A DNA stretch of 63,761 nucleotides, filler included, from Raillietiella orientalis (lineage: Eukaryota): NCBI GenBank assembly GCA_036172245.1. It is 3 parts of 3 records of this genome, joined end to end, with 100 filler letters (N's around TTAATTAATTAA, not from the genome) between each part and the next. Parts side by side here need not be neighbours in the genome. Positions count along the whole stretch, not along the records: positions 23,682 to 47,231 come from JAYWIR010000227.1; positions 47,332 to 63,761 come from JAYWIR010000252.1; 1 more part is not named here. The stretch is one strand, 5' to 3'. The translations under genes were made by a program, and so were the position numbers. Below, piece by piece: positions 39,561 through 51,639 of the stretch; position 1 is the stretch's first letter, and the number at the start of each line of letters is the position of its first letter. The notes beneath the pieces were generated by a model, which was given only the letters and a program-made list of their open reading frames with translations, searched no databases and was not told the origin of the DNA.

Positions 39561-41229
39561 TTATAGAGTGTTAACTGGAACCAGTTCCGCGGTGACAGTA
39601 GATTTCTCATTGCCATTGGATTGATTTTCGTGGTGATCAAATACCAAAGGTAATTTCAAGGACAGAGCAAAATGGCGTGCAGGTTTTACGCGACACATGC
39701 GTAAGCATCGATGATGCTCCCCATCGGGGAATTAGGATATCCACGAATGTCATAGCATAGGCATTCGGAAAAAACGCCTTGCGCTGCACATGGAAGCAGC
39801 AAAGAGAAGTGCGTTGCCTCGAGTCATTCACAGTAGAAACGCTGAGGACGAAGTGATTGGTGCGTGGAAGCTCGAAATGGAGAATGGCGCACCTTCCGTG
39901 GAGTAATGCACCGCTGCGCATTACTCCACCAGAGAGCTTGCCTATCAACGTGTGGATAGAGGATTGTACATTGGTCATTTTCCGTATTTCTTACTTTGCG
40001 AAATGAGCTTTGCCATTTTTGACAACTCACCCTTCTGTTTTGCACATTGATTCCAAGAACTCTTGAATTTTTGTGTCGTACACGCAGGAAGAATTTTTCC
40101 ACACCTTTAGCGCGCCAATGGACCAAAGAAAACGATTGCTCCTTTCCGCTGATAGATGTCGATGCAGTAGAAGAAAGAATGCAATCGCAGCTTGTTCGGG
40201 GGTCCATCGCAACAAGAGCACGTACATGATAAAGCAGATCCCAGTGGTAAGGGGAAAGGACGGAGACCCCGTTTTCTCGATGAATAAGCTTTCGCAAGCA
40301 ACAGGACAGGCAATATTGGAGGCTGGGCGAGATCAAGAGCAGAAAAAGTGGATTCGTGAAATGTTCGGTTTTCTGCCCGCGTTGTCAACCTTCCCTTCTG
40401 ATTATCCTTCCATCAACTTGGAAAGCGCTGTGGTAAATGAGGAGTCCTCTAATGCTGGCATTCAACATCCATTGGCGAAATTCGGAGGTGGCTAAACGAA
40501 ATAACGCACTCTTACTAAATGATTTGAGTAACGCTGATGTGCACACGCATACTGCTTTCTCCAGGTTGCAAAAACGTGATCTTAGTTCTACTCGAAATGA
40601 CGCAGTAGCCGATGGGGATGCAAAAGAGACATATGGGTGCAACTGAAGGAATCGAGAACCAGGAGACCTGGAAATGTGTGCTGCAATCTGCGCACTCGAA
40701 CGGATGCTCCCAGGCCAGACAATTCCCACTGGATGAGCACTCGTATTGCCTCAGGCGATACAGTAGAATGGCAGCAGTCGTTCCACGGATGTTGAACTGA
40801 AAATTCCATAAGCGTTCTCGTTGCCCGCCTTGCGGATGAGCACGTTCTTAACTTTAAAATGTGATTGCTTTTCTGTGGTAACTCATGTGTGGAGTGTTCA
40901 GATTCCAAGTAATCTTTCCTTATGTTAAAATTTCTTCGGTTGTGCGCTGCCATGTAATTCTGTTCATGCTGGTGGAAAAGTTGCTGATCAATTGGTAGTA
41001 CCAACAGACAATCCGCAAGTGAATCTGCTCTCGCTCGCGTGCTCGTTAAACACTTTGCAACAGTTTCCCTTTTCAATCTGATCGAAGGATATTTTTGCTG
41101 CTGCAGAAAGCAAATTGAGTGGAAACGCAACTTTCGCGGAAAGAGGAGTGTACAGAATGTTTGCTTTGAAGAAGGCTCGTATGCAGGGAAAGCGTGCAAC
41201 TCAGACGTGGATGAAGGGCCATGTTCAAC

Positions 41230-41845
41230 GGTCTATTCAAATTGCATGATTGCAACATTACTCATGGAATGGAGGAAACCCGCGTACCGAGAGATATGTG
41301 TGGTAGATATGGAATCGCGTCAGCGCGAATTAACGAGCTACACATGGGATGCTGGCCACACTGAGGTGTTGGCTGATGAAAATGGTTTGGACAATGTCAT
41401 GGGTTCATTCTACGTGAAATATGCTGCCCCAAATGGAGACGAGCATTTTAGGCCAAGGAGGGTCGCACAAACCGTGATATTCGTACTGCCCTCCCTGAAG
41501 ACTACCAGCCCTTTCGTCAAGATGAGGTGTTCCAAGTCATACCTGGCCCTTTTGCGGCAGCTGATTTCAGTGACCGACCTTGTAGAAGACCTGGAATCCA
41601 ACATTGATAGCGTGTAGCGGACCTTTCGTGCATGCCATTGTAAAGTTATCTCAATGCAGGATTCACGTGTCAGCAAGAAGTTCAATAGAGGACGCGGAGG
41701 GGAATGCAAAAAGGATGCAGTCCTGAGGAGACTTCTGGCACACTGGGTGCATTCTTTCTTTCGAACGCTGGCAAAAGGGACTTCTGTGGGAGAAGTTGTT
41801 GAGTACCGAAATGACGTGAATTTTCTGATTCGAAACTTGTTTTGA
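41230..41845 (+). pseudogene. Unidentified coding-like frame interrupted by one TAG
   Basis: ORFs 41039..41617 and 41654..41845 are in the same frame with only the TAG at 41615-41617 between them; protein-like composition; no family recognised. Confidence 0.3.
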
Positions 41846-43589
41846 ATGGATAAGAAGGAGGAAAGGAGCTTCCGTTGGATAGACTGCAGGAAACGGGAAA
41901 GACGTTTGGAAGAGACGCGATAGGGAAATCAGCAACGGTTCACTTCAGAATTCTCCTTCGATCGACCTTCTTTTCACTAATACAATGGTGGAAGGTAACG
42001 TCCGCTCCGTCTCCGAAGAAGCCCTTGCGTCGCCTCAATTGCGTTGCTGCAGCAGTAGAAGAGTGCGGTATCCATTTCGTACATTGGGTTAAAGATTGCA
42101 TTGGGTACGGCTTTCCACTTTCCTGTTTTTCGATGGAACCAAACACCGAGAGTGAGTCTCTCGAACGACAAGCAGTACTAAGGGAACCCTCTCGTTCTGC
42201 ACATAGAGGCGGGAACGGATTCCGGGTGAAGTTCGGCTGAGGATGCAAAGACAGGGGCTGCACAGCTTCCATGTGATGAAAGCCTATTGTCTCCTTGGTA
42301 TGGGGTGCGCGTAGCAACAGCAGGTGGGATGGGGCACGCATCCGCCCAATACCTGCCCTCGCGCGTGGCACCGTCCACTGCACGCTTGCTTCGATCCATC
42401 ACGCCACATGATGAACTCGAGAAATTCCTTGGATTCAAACCAATGCGCCAACGCTCATCAGCGGAGAAACATGAGATTGAGCTCTCAATCTGAACAAGAA
42501 GCGAAAAAAAAAAAAGGCTCATCAGAATATCGAAGAGAGCGGAAAGTATTCCTTAGTATATTGAAAAGTGCTGCTGAAAATGCCAAGACCTGCATCTGCC
42601 ACTTTAAGGATGCCCAAGCTAACAGCACACCTCCGAGAGCCTCATCTCATTTGCCCATCCCCGCCGTAAGCCACGCCCTCAGGAACAACGTGCGGGGCTC
42701 TTTTCCTTTGCTTTTCTTTCCGATTTCCACAATATCCGATATACCTGCGACGTGTTCGAATAGTTCATTGCAATCCACAGAAAACTCCATCATCTTCTCA
42801 TCAGCAGGAAACTCCACGTGGAAATCAAGTTGGAATTTCTTACGCGTATCCTGAGGTGGTCAGATTTCGAATCTGCAAATACAGAGTACTCAGTTCGTTC
42901 ATAGCGTCCGTTCGACGTTGGAAGATCACCAGGTAACGAATTTTGGGAATACTGAATTTTCATAGTAAGCGAAAAGTGCCTCATCAAATTCTTCTGATTG
43001 ACCTTAACATCCTAAGATGCTCCAGAGGGCAGACAGCGTCAATTGGGTCAGACCAGGCTGGACCTCATGATTGTTTTTGCCCGAAGTTGTCTTCCAAATG
43101 TACATTTCCGCCTCCGAATTCAAAGATTGTTCTTTTGAAGTGTACATACCAATTTTAGCCAACCAAAAAAGTGCACGGACACCCCATTCGCAAAATCGAA
43201 TCTTCAGCTTCATCAACGTACGCCGCAGAATTCCTGCTCTGAATGATCTTATTGTCCCTCTTAAGGTCACTTTAAGTAGCGTTCACTATCTGAACGACTG
43301 ATCTACACATGCAAAAAACAACGTATGTGCAACGCGAGACGCACTATCGGTGATTCAACTCTCCGTATGGAGCGCGCGCGCGCTTGCCGTTGCGCGCAAC
43401 GGTTCCGCGTCGCACCCGAATAACGCCCTCTTTTGCGCCTCAGGAATTTTTCTCCTTTCTGCCCGTGAGCGATCGTCATCAGTGTCTATCGTTCTTCCTT
43501 CATCAGCTGGTACGCTGATGAGGCAGGTGTCCGGCATGGTGCTGCACTTGGGTCTTGATGGCGACCTGGTTGTTACAAACATCTACATC

Positions 43590-44150
43590 CTTCACGCTTT
43601 GCAACGTTCCCTCTTCCTAGCCGAAAAGGAAGCTCAGGGTGGACTGCAGCAACTTGTAGAAAGCGCTGCTGTCGGATTTGTTGCTCGTCGGTGCGTAGGA
43701 AAACGAAGTCGCCTCTCTACTCGAGAACCGCTTCCGTCCTGCGGTTCCTTTCCTTCAGCACGTCCCTCAGCTTGCCGCGGATGCTCCGCATGAGAGCCAA
43801 AAGCACTTCCGGCTGCCTTGGCACCTTGAGGACGAGCACATCGACCTGGAGGGCACCCAGGTCACACACACAGTAAAACAGCATCCACAGGGCTTCCGCA
43901 TCCACGCATGGCAGCAGACGTGCGCAGGCCTGCTCGGTGGTCCTCAAAGCGCAGACGTCCCTCTGCACTCGAACGCCGTTTGCGTAGCCAGGGACGCGCG
44001 GCGGAAGGCGGGCCGCCTCCCTGTCCTCGAGCGCATCCCACGACGAGTCGGCGATCTGAAGGTGCGCACATCCACCCTGCGCAACGTCCCCGCCCTCTCT
44101 TACCGCAATCACGAAGTCAACCTCGCTGACCATCGGCGCCGTGTCGTCCT
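43590..44150 (-). pseudogene. Paralog of the 26796-27734 gene in the right arm, truncated/disrupted
   Basis: Near-identical N-terminus (MVSEVDFVIAVREG...EALWMLFYCVCDLG), stop at 43717, degraded continuation to ~43590. Confidence 0.8.
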
Positions 44151-44739
44151 GCACGTGAGAGTGGAGAGGAGGACAAGCGTTAGACAAGCCGCGGGCGCGC
44201 TGACGCGCTCTCCTGCGCGCTCCCTCTGGGCGCAGCTTACCGGCCTCCCCAAGATGTCCATGTTTCAAAATCCCGGTCGTCCACCGGAACCATGTCCAGC
44301 ACTATGCAGGATGCCTTTGTTATCAGCGTCAGCAGCCGAAGAAGGGAGAACAACAGGCACTGATGCCTGTCGCTCACGGGCAGCAAAAAGAAAAATTCCT
44401 GAGGCACGAAAGAGGGCGTTATTCGGATGCGACGCAGAACCGCTGCGCGCAACGACGAAAGCGTGCGCGCGTTCCAGGTGCGGCGCTGTTTCCGCGATCC
44501 TGCGGTCTCACCTGCAGGGCGTTCTCCTGCCATCGGTGCATGGATATCAATGGATATCAATGGATATCATGGATATCATGGATATCATGGATATCGGTGC
44601 CTGGTCAGTAACCAAGGGATAGGCAGAGTTCCTTCGCTTCCTAGTCTCTCCTTCAGCTCCTTTCCCACGTTCTGCAAATGGTAAAAACTTTTGGTTATTA
44701 TCTTTCTGAATCCCTGTGTCCTTTTCATCCAACGCTCTC

Positions 44740-45005
44740 ACGTTTGATGCAATGCGTGAATACGGAAGCTCTTTGGATGTTCTGTTTTACTGCGTGTGCT
44801 ACCTGGGTGCCGAATAGGTCGAGGGGCTCGTTCGCAAGGAGCAAGGGCAGCCGGAAGTGCTTCTGGCTGTCATGCGCAGCGTCCGCGGCAAGATGAGGGA
44901 CGTGCTGGAGGAAAGGAACCGCAGGGGGGAAGCGGTTTTCGAGCACCTCCAGCGCTTGAAGACCCAAATCGGCAACTTCTTTTCTCTACGCAACGATGGA
45001 CAACG
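44740..45005 (+). pseudogene. Inverted internal fragment of the same gene family (mirrored at ~25965-26215)
   Basis: CVNTEALWMF..YCVCYLGAE*VEGLVRKEQGQPEVLLAVMRSVRGKMRDVLEERNRRGEAVFEHLQRLKTQI, with a frameshift and a stop. Confidence 0.8.
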
Positions 45006-47231
45006 AAGTCGACATCATCCATCGGTGCATTGATTACAACCTGGTCAGTAACCAAGGGGTAGGCGAGGATCCTTCGCTCCCTAGTCTCTCCTTGAGCTCC
45101 TTTTCCACGTTCTGGTAACAGTAAAGGCTTCTCGTTGTTTTCTTTTTGAATCCCAGAGTCCTTTCGATCCTCCGCTCTCTGTCCGCAATATCCGCAGCAG
45201 GGATTTCCTTCCCTTTTCGCGAAACGACCTTGATCTCGTCGATCAACCGGTCTATCCTTTGCCGCATCCCACGCAGGACTTTCCCATATTTCTGCTGGCA
45301 CTCCCTGCCGGCGCCTCGAAACTTCATGTCGCCCTTCTTCGTTTTCCTTTCGAAATGAATTCCAACCGAACGAATGTTTCCATGGTTTTTCTTCTTGTTG
45401 GCTCAACAGGGGAGGGGGGGATGCTTTTCCTCTCCTCGCAAAGCGCGGAATCGGCCACTGGTTCAAACACGATCACCCAACCGCGACCTCCAACGACCAC
45501 CAACCTGCGAACTGCCTAGCGCCGCGATTATCCTCGCCGCGGGCGGGGCGGATGGCGCTTCATTCGACTGCGAGTCGGAGAACTGAGGAAACAGCGGAAG
45601 GGCGCAGTGACGCGAAATCGGAGCGCCCGCCGCGTGTGCGGATCAGCGAGAAACGGACCCTGGCTCGTGCCTAGGGTTCGTAGCGTACCTCGGTTCCACG
45701 TGGTGCTCGCGTGCCGGCTGATTCCTTGTTCCGTCCGTTACTTATCGCAGAGCAAAAGAGAGTGATTGTTCCGCTTCGTGCGAGGGTGTCCAGGTGAGAG
45801 CAGACTGTAGTCTGCTGGTAGCTGTAGGGAGCCTTTGAGCCAGGGACTCACCGATCGCGGAAGAGCATAGAAGAATCCATGACGAGCCTCTCACGCAAGG
45901 AAAAACAATCACCGCTATCGAAAACCTGAAGAGGCGTGTAGCTCCAGAAGAAGACGGCGTGTCCGCTGAGATTTTCTAAATTTATTGCGCTGCATTGGGG
46001 CCACATGTGCGACGCCCGCCCATACCTTGCGACCCGGGAGCGTGCAGCTCATGAGCGCGCGCGATTGAGAGTCTCTACCACAACTGGTTTTGGATTGTGT
46101 TGACTTCGATCCCCTGCAGGAAGAATTTGTTGCGTGTTGCAGGAACCCCAAGGGCATCCCCGGACACAATACAGTGCGCATCTTCCTGCCGGACGTCATC
46201 ACGCCGGCCGCATTCGAAGCTGCAGTTTGCTGCATTCGAGGGATCCTGGTAGCATGCTGCAACCAAAGAGGGGGTCACAACGATAATGACGACGTCTTGC
46301 TGACCGTTTTTTCCGTGTGGATGGCGTCAAGATGGCGCTCCATCTGGGAGTCTTGAAGGAGGAAGGTGCCGGCATGCTGACAACGATGCAGAGGACACCC
46401 TCCACCATCCGATGATCCCTTTGCAAAACCCATCCCTATTTCATGTAGCCATTTTTCTTTTGTTGTCGTTTTCTTTTCCCGTTTCCTTCTGGTGCCGAAG
46501 CGAAACGCGGCGGCCTGCGAGCCGGTTCTCCACAGGTTCTTTCGAGATGGAACCAAGCGTCCTACCATTGAGTTGTGCGTTGATTACCATAGAAATCGAG
46601 GTCCCTGAAAACCTGAACATGAAGTCAACATCGGAAGACGATCGTGAGATGGATGATCCTTGTCATCTCACAAGGATCGGCATTATATAGGAACGAGAGG
46701 ACTCCCTCTTAATGGTGGAGGTGAGCAAAAAGCGGCAAATGACCAGCAAAAGTGCAGAAATCAGCCAACGTCATCTTGGCACGCCTTCGAGCAGCGAAGT
46801 TCCCGGTTTCTAAAACGTGCGTCCGTTCTCCACCCGTGTGCTCGTTTTCTTTTTCAGCAGATTGCTCTGGATATTCAGATTGGTCCGCTCAAGTTTGTGT
46901 TTATCTGCTTAAGAAGAGTATGCCTCTTTCATAAGTTAATGTTTGTGCATAGAATCATCAGCACTTTCCACAAGCAACGACAATGCTTCTTTCCACGTTC
47001 CCACCCTTTGCTTCCCGTCGTCCTTGTCACCTACTTCAAGAACCTCTACGGCAAACAGTATCCCAATCATCCATTTAGCAAAGTCAGGAATCCGGCTCCC
47101 TAATAATATCAACAGCAGCTTTTTGCTCGTTAGACCAATGTAAATGACTGAGGTTCTCCGCATTGGCACACATATCATGGTCAATTCGGCGAAAGTTTAC
47201 TGGGAGGGCGTGGGAGTAAACAGGAAGAAGC

Positions 47232-47331
47232 NNNNNNNNNNNNNNNNNNNNNNNNNNNNNNNNNNNNNNNNNNNNTTAATTAATTAANNNNNNNNNNNNN
47301 NNNNNNNNNNNNNNNNNNNNNNNNNNNNNNN
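47232..47331. other. Artificial contig linker (N44-TTAATTAATTAA-N44)
   Basis: Same 100-bp structure as 23582-23681. Confidence 0.98.
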
Positions 47332-49273
47332 TTCAGCATCTACTTTGAGTTGGTGCTGAGAGCATACAGGGAGACTTTGGCAACCCTGCCGTGCTCGTGT
47401 CCCGGCACGCCTGCCGTGTCGGCCTATGCCGACGATCTTCTGCTACTGCTTTCCGGGTCCACCCCGGCATAGGCGCTCGAGGATTTCTTCGAGTTGCTAT
47501 ACCGTGGGACAGGCCCCCAGGTAAACAGGACGAAGTCGTCGTTGCTTCTCACCGACGCGACGGGTGCCGGACGGTCCGACTGGATCCGCTTGGGGATCCC
47601 CACGGGCAGGTACATGAAGTACCTTGGCGTTCCGTTATGGGACTTCTGCTCTGCAGAAGCCTGGTCCGACCGTCTACAAAAGGTGGAGCTGGCGATCGGC
47701 CCGTTCCGGGACGGCAAGTTTCACTTGCAGCAAGGGCGACGCTATAAAACGCTTTCGCGGCCCTTCTCCTTCGCCCCCTACTTTTTGTGTGCCCTACCCC
47801 GTATCAAATTAGAACACGGACTAGAGGCCTTATACGGAAAGCCCTCTGGGGCAACTGGAGAGCTCGCGTCAGGCTCAAAGACTTGTGCGCTCCACGCAGG
47901 GACGGTTTACTTGGTCTCGTGACGTTGGAGCGCATGGAGCGACAGCTCCAATTCAGAAAACTTGCCCTTGTGGCAAAGTTTTGGACAGCACCCTGGTTTG
48001 CACCAGCAAGACTCCTTGCTCACAGGGCAACCGACTGCTCCGGATGGACTTGAATCCTGGTAGCCAACGAATGCAGCCTAAACCATTGTGGTTATCAGCT
48101 GTGAGATTCGGTTGCTCTGATGAGAGACAACCCTTGGATCTCCTGCATCCCAGCGGACTGGACTACCTGGCTTCAGGAGTCCGTATCCGCATGGGCGAAG
48201 ATCAATGGCACCGGCGATGAGGACTTCTCCTGCCTCCGCAGAGGGAGGCACGCTGGTCAGCCACTCCAGGAGATCGTTTCCAACCCACGGAAACTTCTGT
48301 GGGTTTCCTTTACCCCCCTTGCTCCAGTGCTGCCCTCAATCGGGGAAGTTTGTAACAGCCACCAACAGGCATCGTGGAAAGTGTCCTATCTCATCGGAGG
48401 CAGGAAAAAATCACTGAAGGCGTGGACGCCGAAGGAACTAGCGGACGCTTGTACCCCGAGTGTCCCGACGAACTGAATTTTACGCTGAGGCGCGCTGCTC
48501 GGTATACCTCCGGAGGAGGTGAAGTGCCCACCAGCGTCATGGGACAACGGCACCCTTCCCCTGCAGTGGCAGGAGACGGCGTTGCTTCTGCTCCACTGGG
48601 GACTTTTAAGCAGAGCACGCCTGTTTCCCTGGACATCGGGGAATGTGGATGCTAGTTGTGCAGAGTGCGGGGAAAGGGAGACCTTCCCTCACATGATTCT
48701 AGAATGTGTGTTGCCCTCCACGAAATGTGGGACAGACTCTCGTCGATCCTCAACATTCGGGAGGGTTACGCGAAAAATTTATTCAGACGCCTTCTGACGC
48801 GAGACGGCTTGCCAGCCTCCGGGAGCGTAGCAGTGCTCTGCTGCATACGCGGTATCCTGGAGAAGTGGACCGCGTCTAGGAGAGAAAGGACCAGCCGGAA
48901 TGCCATTAACTGGGCAGCGATCTCCTCGGAGAAAGCCGGCCGTTGGCGCCGAATTCAAAAACATTTACCGGCACTTGTTCGCATACGAAACCGGATGTAA
49001 AGGCCTGCTCACGGCGCACGGTGATCCCCTCCCTCGCCCCCGCTACCCAAAATCATTGCCCTCCAGATGTTTTACTTTTTTTGTCTCGTTTTCTGTTTAT
49101 TTTCCCCGTCCCGGCGCCAGTGAAGGACTTTATCGGCCTCCGGGTCGATAAAGACAAGTGCTATTGAACTTCAATGAACGTCTGACGTCCGAAAAAGGAA
49201 ATTTCTTTTTTAACAACAAAGACCTTATTACAAAGTTCTGTTATGTCAGAATTTTAGTAATAAAAGCCCCGGC
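47332..49273 (+). mobile_element. L1/Tx1-like ORF2 3' half (RT C-terminus, zf-RVT, 3' UTR), decayed
   Basis: AVSAYADDLLLLL, VNRTKS, MKYLGVPL, LCAPRRDGLLGLVTL, CAECGERETFPHMILEC; stop at 49000; U-rich UTR and terminal hairpin. Confidence 0.9.
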
Positions 49274-50930
49274 TTACTTGGGTGAAAAACCTCGTCGGGT
49301 TTCGTGGAGACTTCGCGTTGCTTCGCGGCGAGCGTTGCCTGGCTGCCTACTTTTGATCGGCGCGCAAACGCTTTTGAACGAGTTGTCCTCGTCTCGGTAA
49401 TCGGAACGGCATCCATTTCGGAGTCCGACCGGCGCATGTTCGATCGGGTTTCGGCCTTTCGCGAAGTAGTGACAGGTTCTGCTGGATTGACAGCTGTCCT
49501 GTTGTCGTTTTCCGTCACCAGAGCATCGCTTTTGGTGACGGAAAGTGCGTCCCGTCATCTTTGGTGGCGCCTCCGTTGAGGACGCAGTTCCTGCATCCGG
49601 AGCCTTCCTCGCGGCCGGTCTTGGTAAGCCTATCCGCGACTTCTTCTCATGGCCTTGCAGTTCTGCCTCGACTTCTTCCACGGCCTGCTGGAAGGCGGCC
49701 TCGTCGATCGCGTTGAGCGCGGCGCCTGGTTCCCCCTCTGTTTCTCCAGAGGGTTCGTCATCGACCGTCGCAGCTTCGGCGAACGTAAAGGGGGATTGCT
49801 CGCCCGGTGGCGGCATCGAGTGCCTCCACACGCTCTAATGTTATTGAAGAAGAGCGGAGTTTTTCGCGGCACGGTTTTTTGCGCTGCGTTTTTGTTTTCC
49901 CCGCTCATCGTTTGGGACTCCCAGGCTTCCATCTAGGCTGTACCATCTGCCAGCCTTCGCCGTCGCGAGCGTCGTCGGGAGTGCTCTGAACTTACGTTTG
50001 CTGGAATGGCTTAGGGACTGGCATCTGGCTCCTTACAGCCTGCTTCATGGTATTTGTCTCTCTCGATTGTTTCCCTTTTGCCTTTTTGGCAGCGAAAGGG
50101 ACCGGGAATTCTCTTTTGGGCACACCTTGCGGATGTAGCCCTTTTTTCCACATAAGTGGCATTGGATGTTATGGCACAGCTTTTTTAAGTGCCCTGTAGC
50201 ATTGCAATGGCTACAATACTGGGGCTTTCCCACGCACCTAACATCGACTTTTTTTTCGCCGATATTTAGTTTGTGGGGAAACCCATTATTCTTCGGTATT
50301 GCGACGCGGGCAGCGGCCATTTCACTGAATAACCTTTCGTACGTTCCGACCACATTGAATTTGGCTTAATACGCGTGCACACTGCTGTGTTTTGACAACT
50401 CCTTATGTACGCTGGTTTTGTCCATTTGGAGTGATACGCCCGTGAGGTGGACCACGACGGACCGGTCCTCTGTCACAGGGAAGATCCTGCGGCGATTACC
50501 GTAATGGGGTTGTTTAGCAGGCGCTGTGCCAGACTTGCCTCTGTGCAAGTCAGCTCAAGTCGTGCCCCCCACTAAGGACGGAGAGCCCCTCGATGTCTTC
50601 CTTCCTCACATTCAGTCTTTGCAACTCCATTTGAAATTAGCGTGCAATTTTCTCGTCGAACACGCTGCCTACCTTGTGGTTCAGCGACGGTTTGTAGCCG
50701 CTGTCCTTGTAGGCAGTCTGCTCCGCTATTGCAGCCAAGGAAATTGCAGGAACGACGGCACTCCAACTCCTCGTCGCTGCCGAAGAGGGTCGCGAAGGGA
50801 CGGTTGCCCCCGATTCCGATTTGGCAAGTGCCCCGGATTCCTTGTGGGCGGACAACCTCACTTTCATGGGTGGTGGCGAGGAAGTCACCTCTCCTCCCCT
50901 GATTTCCATCGCAGTGTTCTTAGGCATTTT
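49246..50930 (-). mobile_element. L1/Tx1-like ORF1 (gag-like, two CCHC knuckles), decayed
   Basis: RSWSAVV N-terminal motif, EDRSVVVHLTGV, GKPQYCSHCNATGHLKKLC-HNIQCHLCGKKGYIRKVC, low-complexity tail. Confidence 0.85.
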
Positions 50931-50989
50931 TTTCGCGGGGCACCGTCGCTCCTACACACCAGACAAAAGCACCGAAAACCTTCGCACTA

Positions 50990-51632
50990 ACTAGACCGCT
51001 GAGCAATGCCACACCACCTCCGCTCCCTAGAAGGACACAGGTTTGAAGCGCAACTGTGCCCGATGTGGAGAGCGGAAAGCCTTCCGCACCCTCTAGTTGA
51101 CTGTGATGCCCTTTGGCCCCTGTGATGACGCTTCGGTTCTACCTTAGGAATCCGGGAAGGTAACCTTCCCAGAGACGTTTTTCGGCTTCTCATCGTGCGA
51201 GACGCCCTGCAGCCAGCCGTTGTAATGGCAGCTCTGTGCTGCGTACCCGGCATTGTGGCAGCTTGTACTGCATTCGACGAAGCAGAGGATGTTAACGGAG
51301 AGCACGTCATGGAGTATTCTGCTCGCTTTCTGTGAATAGCATCCCGACGGCCCCAACTAAGAAATCTCTACCAAAACCTCGTCAGCATACTGCAAAGGAT
51401 GCAGCCTCCCCACAACGGAGGGTGATCCATTCTTGACCCTCCAAATGACTTGTGTTTTTAATTTTTTTTTTTTCTTATTTATATTTTTTTCTTCAATGTC
51501 CATCCTTTGACGTGGAGTGTCAAGTCGGTATGTGCTCCGTCCACGCGACAGCTCCTTAGATTTATTGGCCGCAGCGGGTCCTTGCACCGCAAATTCTGTA
51601 AGGTTTATTAAGAAACGTCTCTGTTTGACCGG
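50990..51632 (+). mobile_element. L1/Tx1-like ORF2 3' end (zf-RVT plus UTR)
   Basis: AESLPHPLVDCDALWPL..RFG; U-rich tract at 51450-51495; GTTTATTAAGAAAC at 51603-51616. Confidence 0.8.
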
Positions 51633-51639
51633 GTAAAAA

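Larger units (their letters stand above)
43590..47231 (-). repeat. Right arm of large inverted repeat (runs into the gap)
   Basis: Reverse complement of 23713-27385; includes the Tx1-like 3' fragment at ~45915-46505 (+). Confidence 0.95.

Noticed and set aside
23682..47231. Maverick/Polinton or linear virus/plasmid
   Set aside because: Size and inverted repeats fit, but no pPolB, integrase, packaging ATPase, protease or capsid motifs are recognisable, and the arms contain LINE debris.
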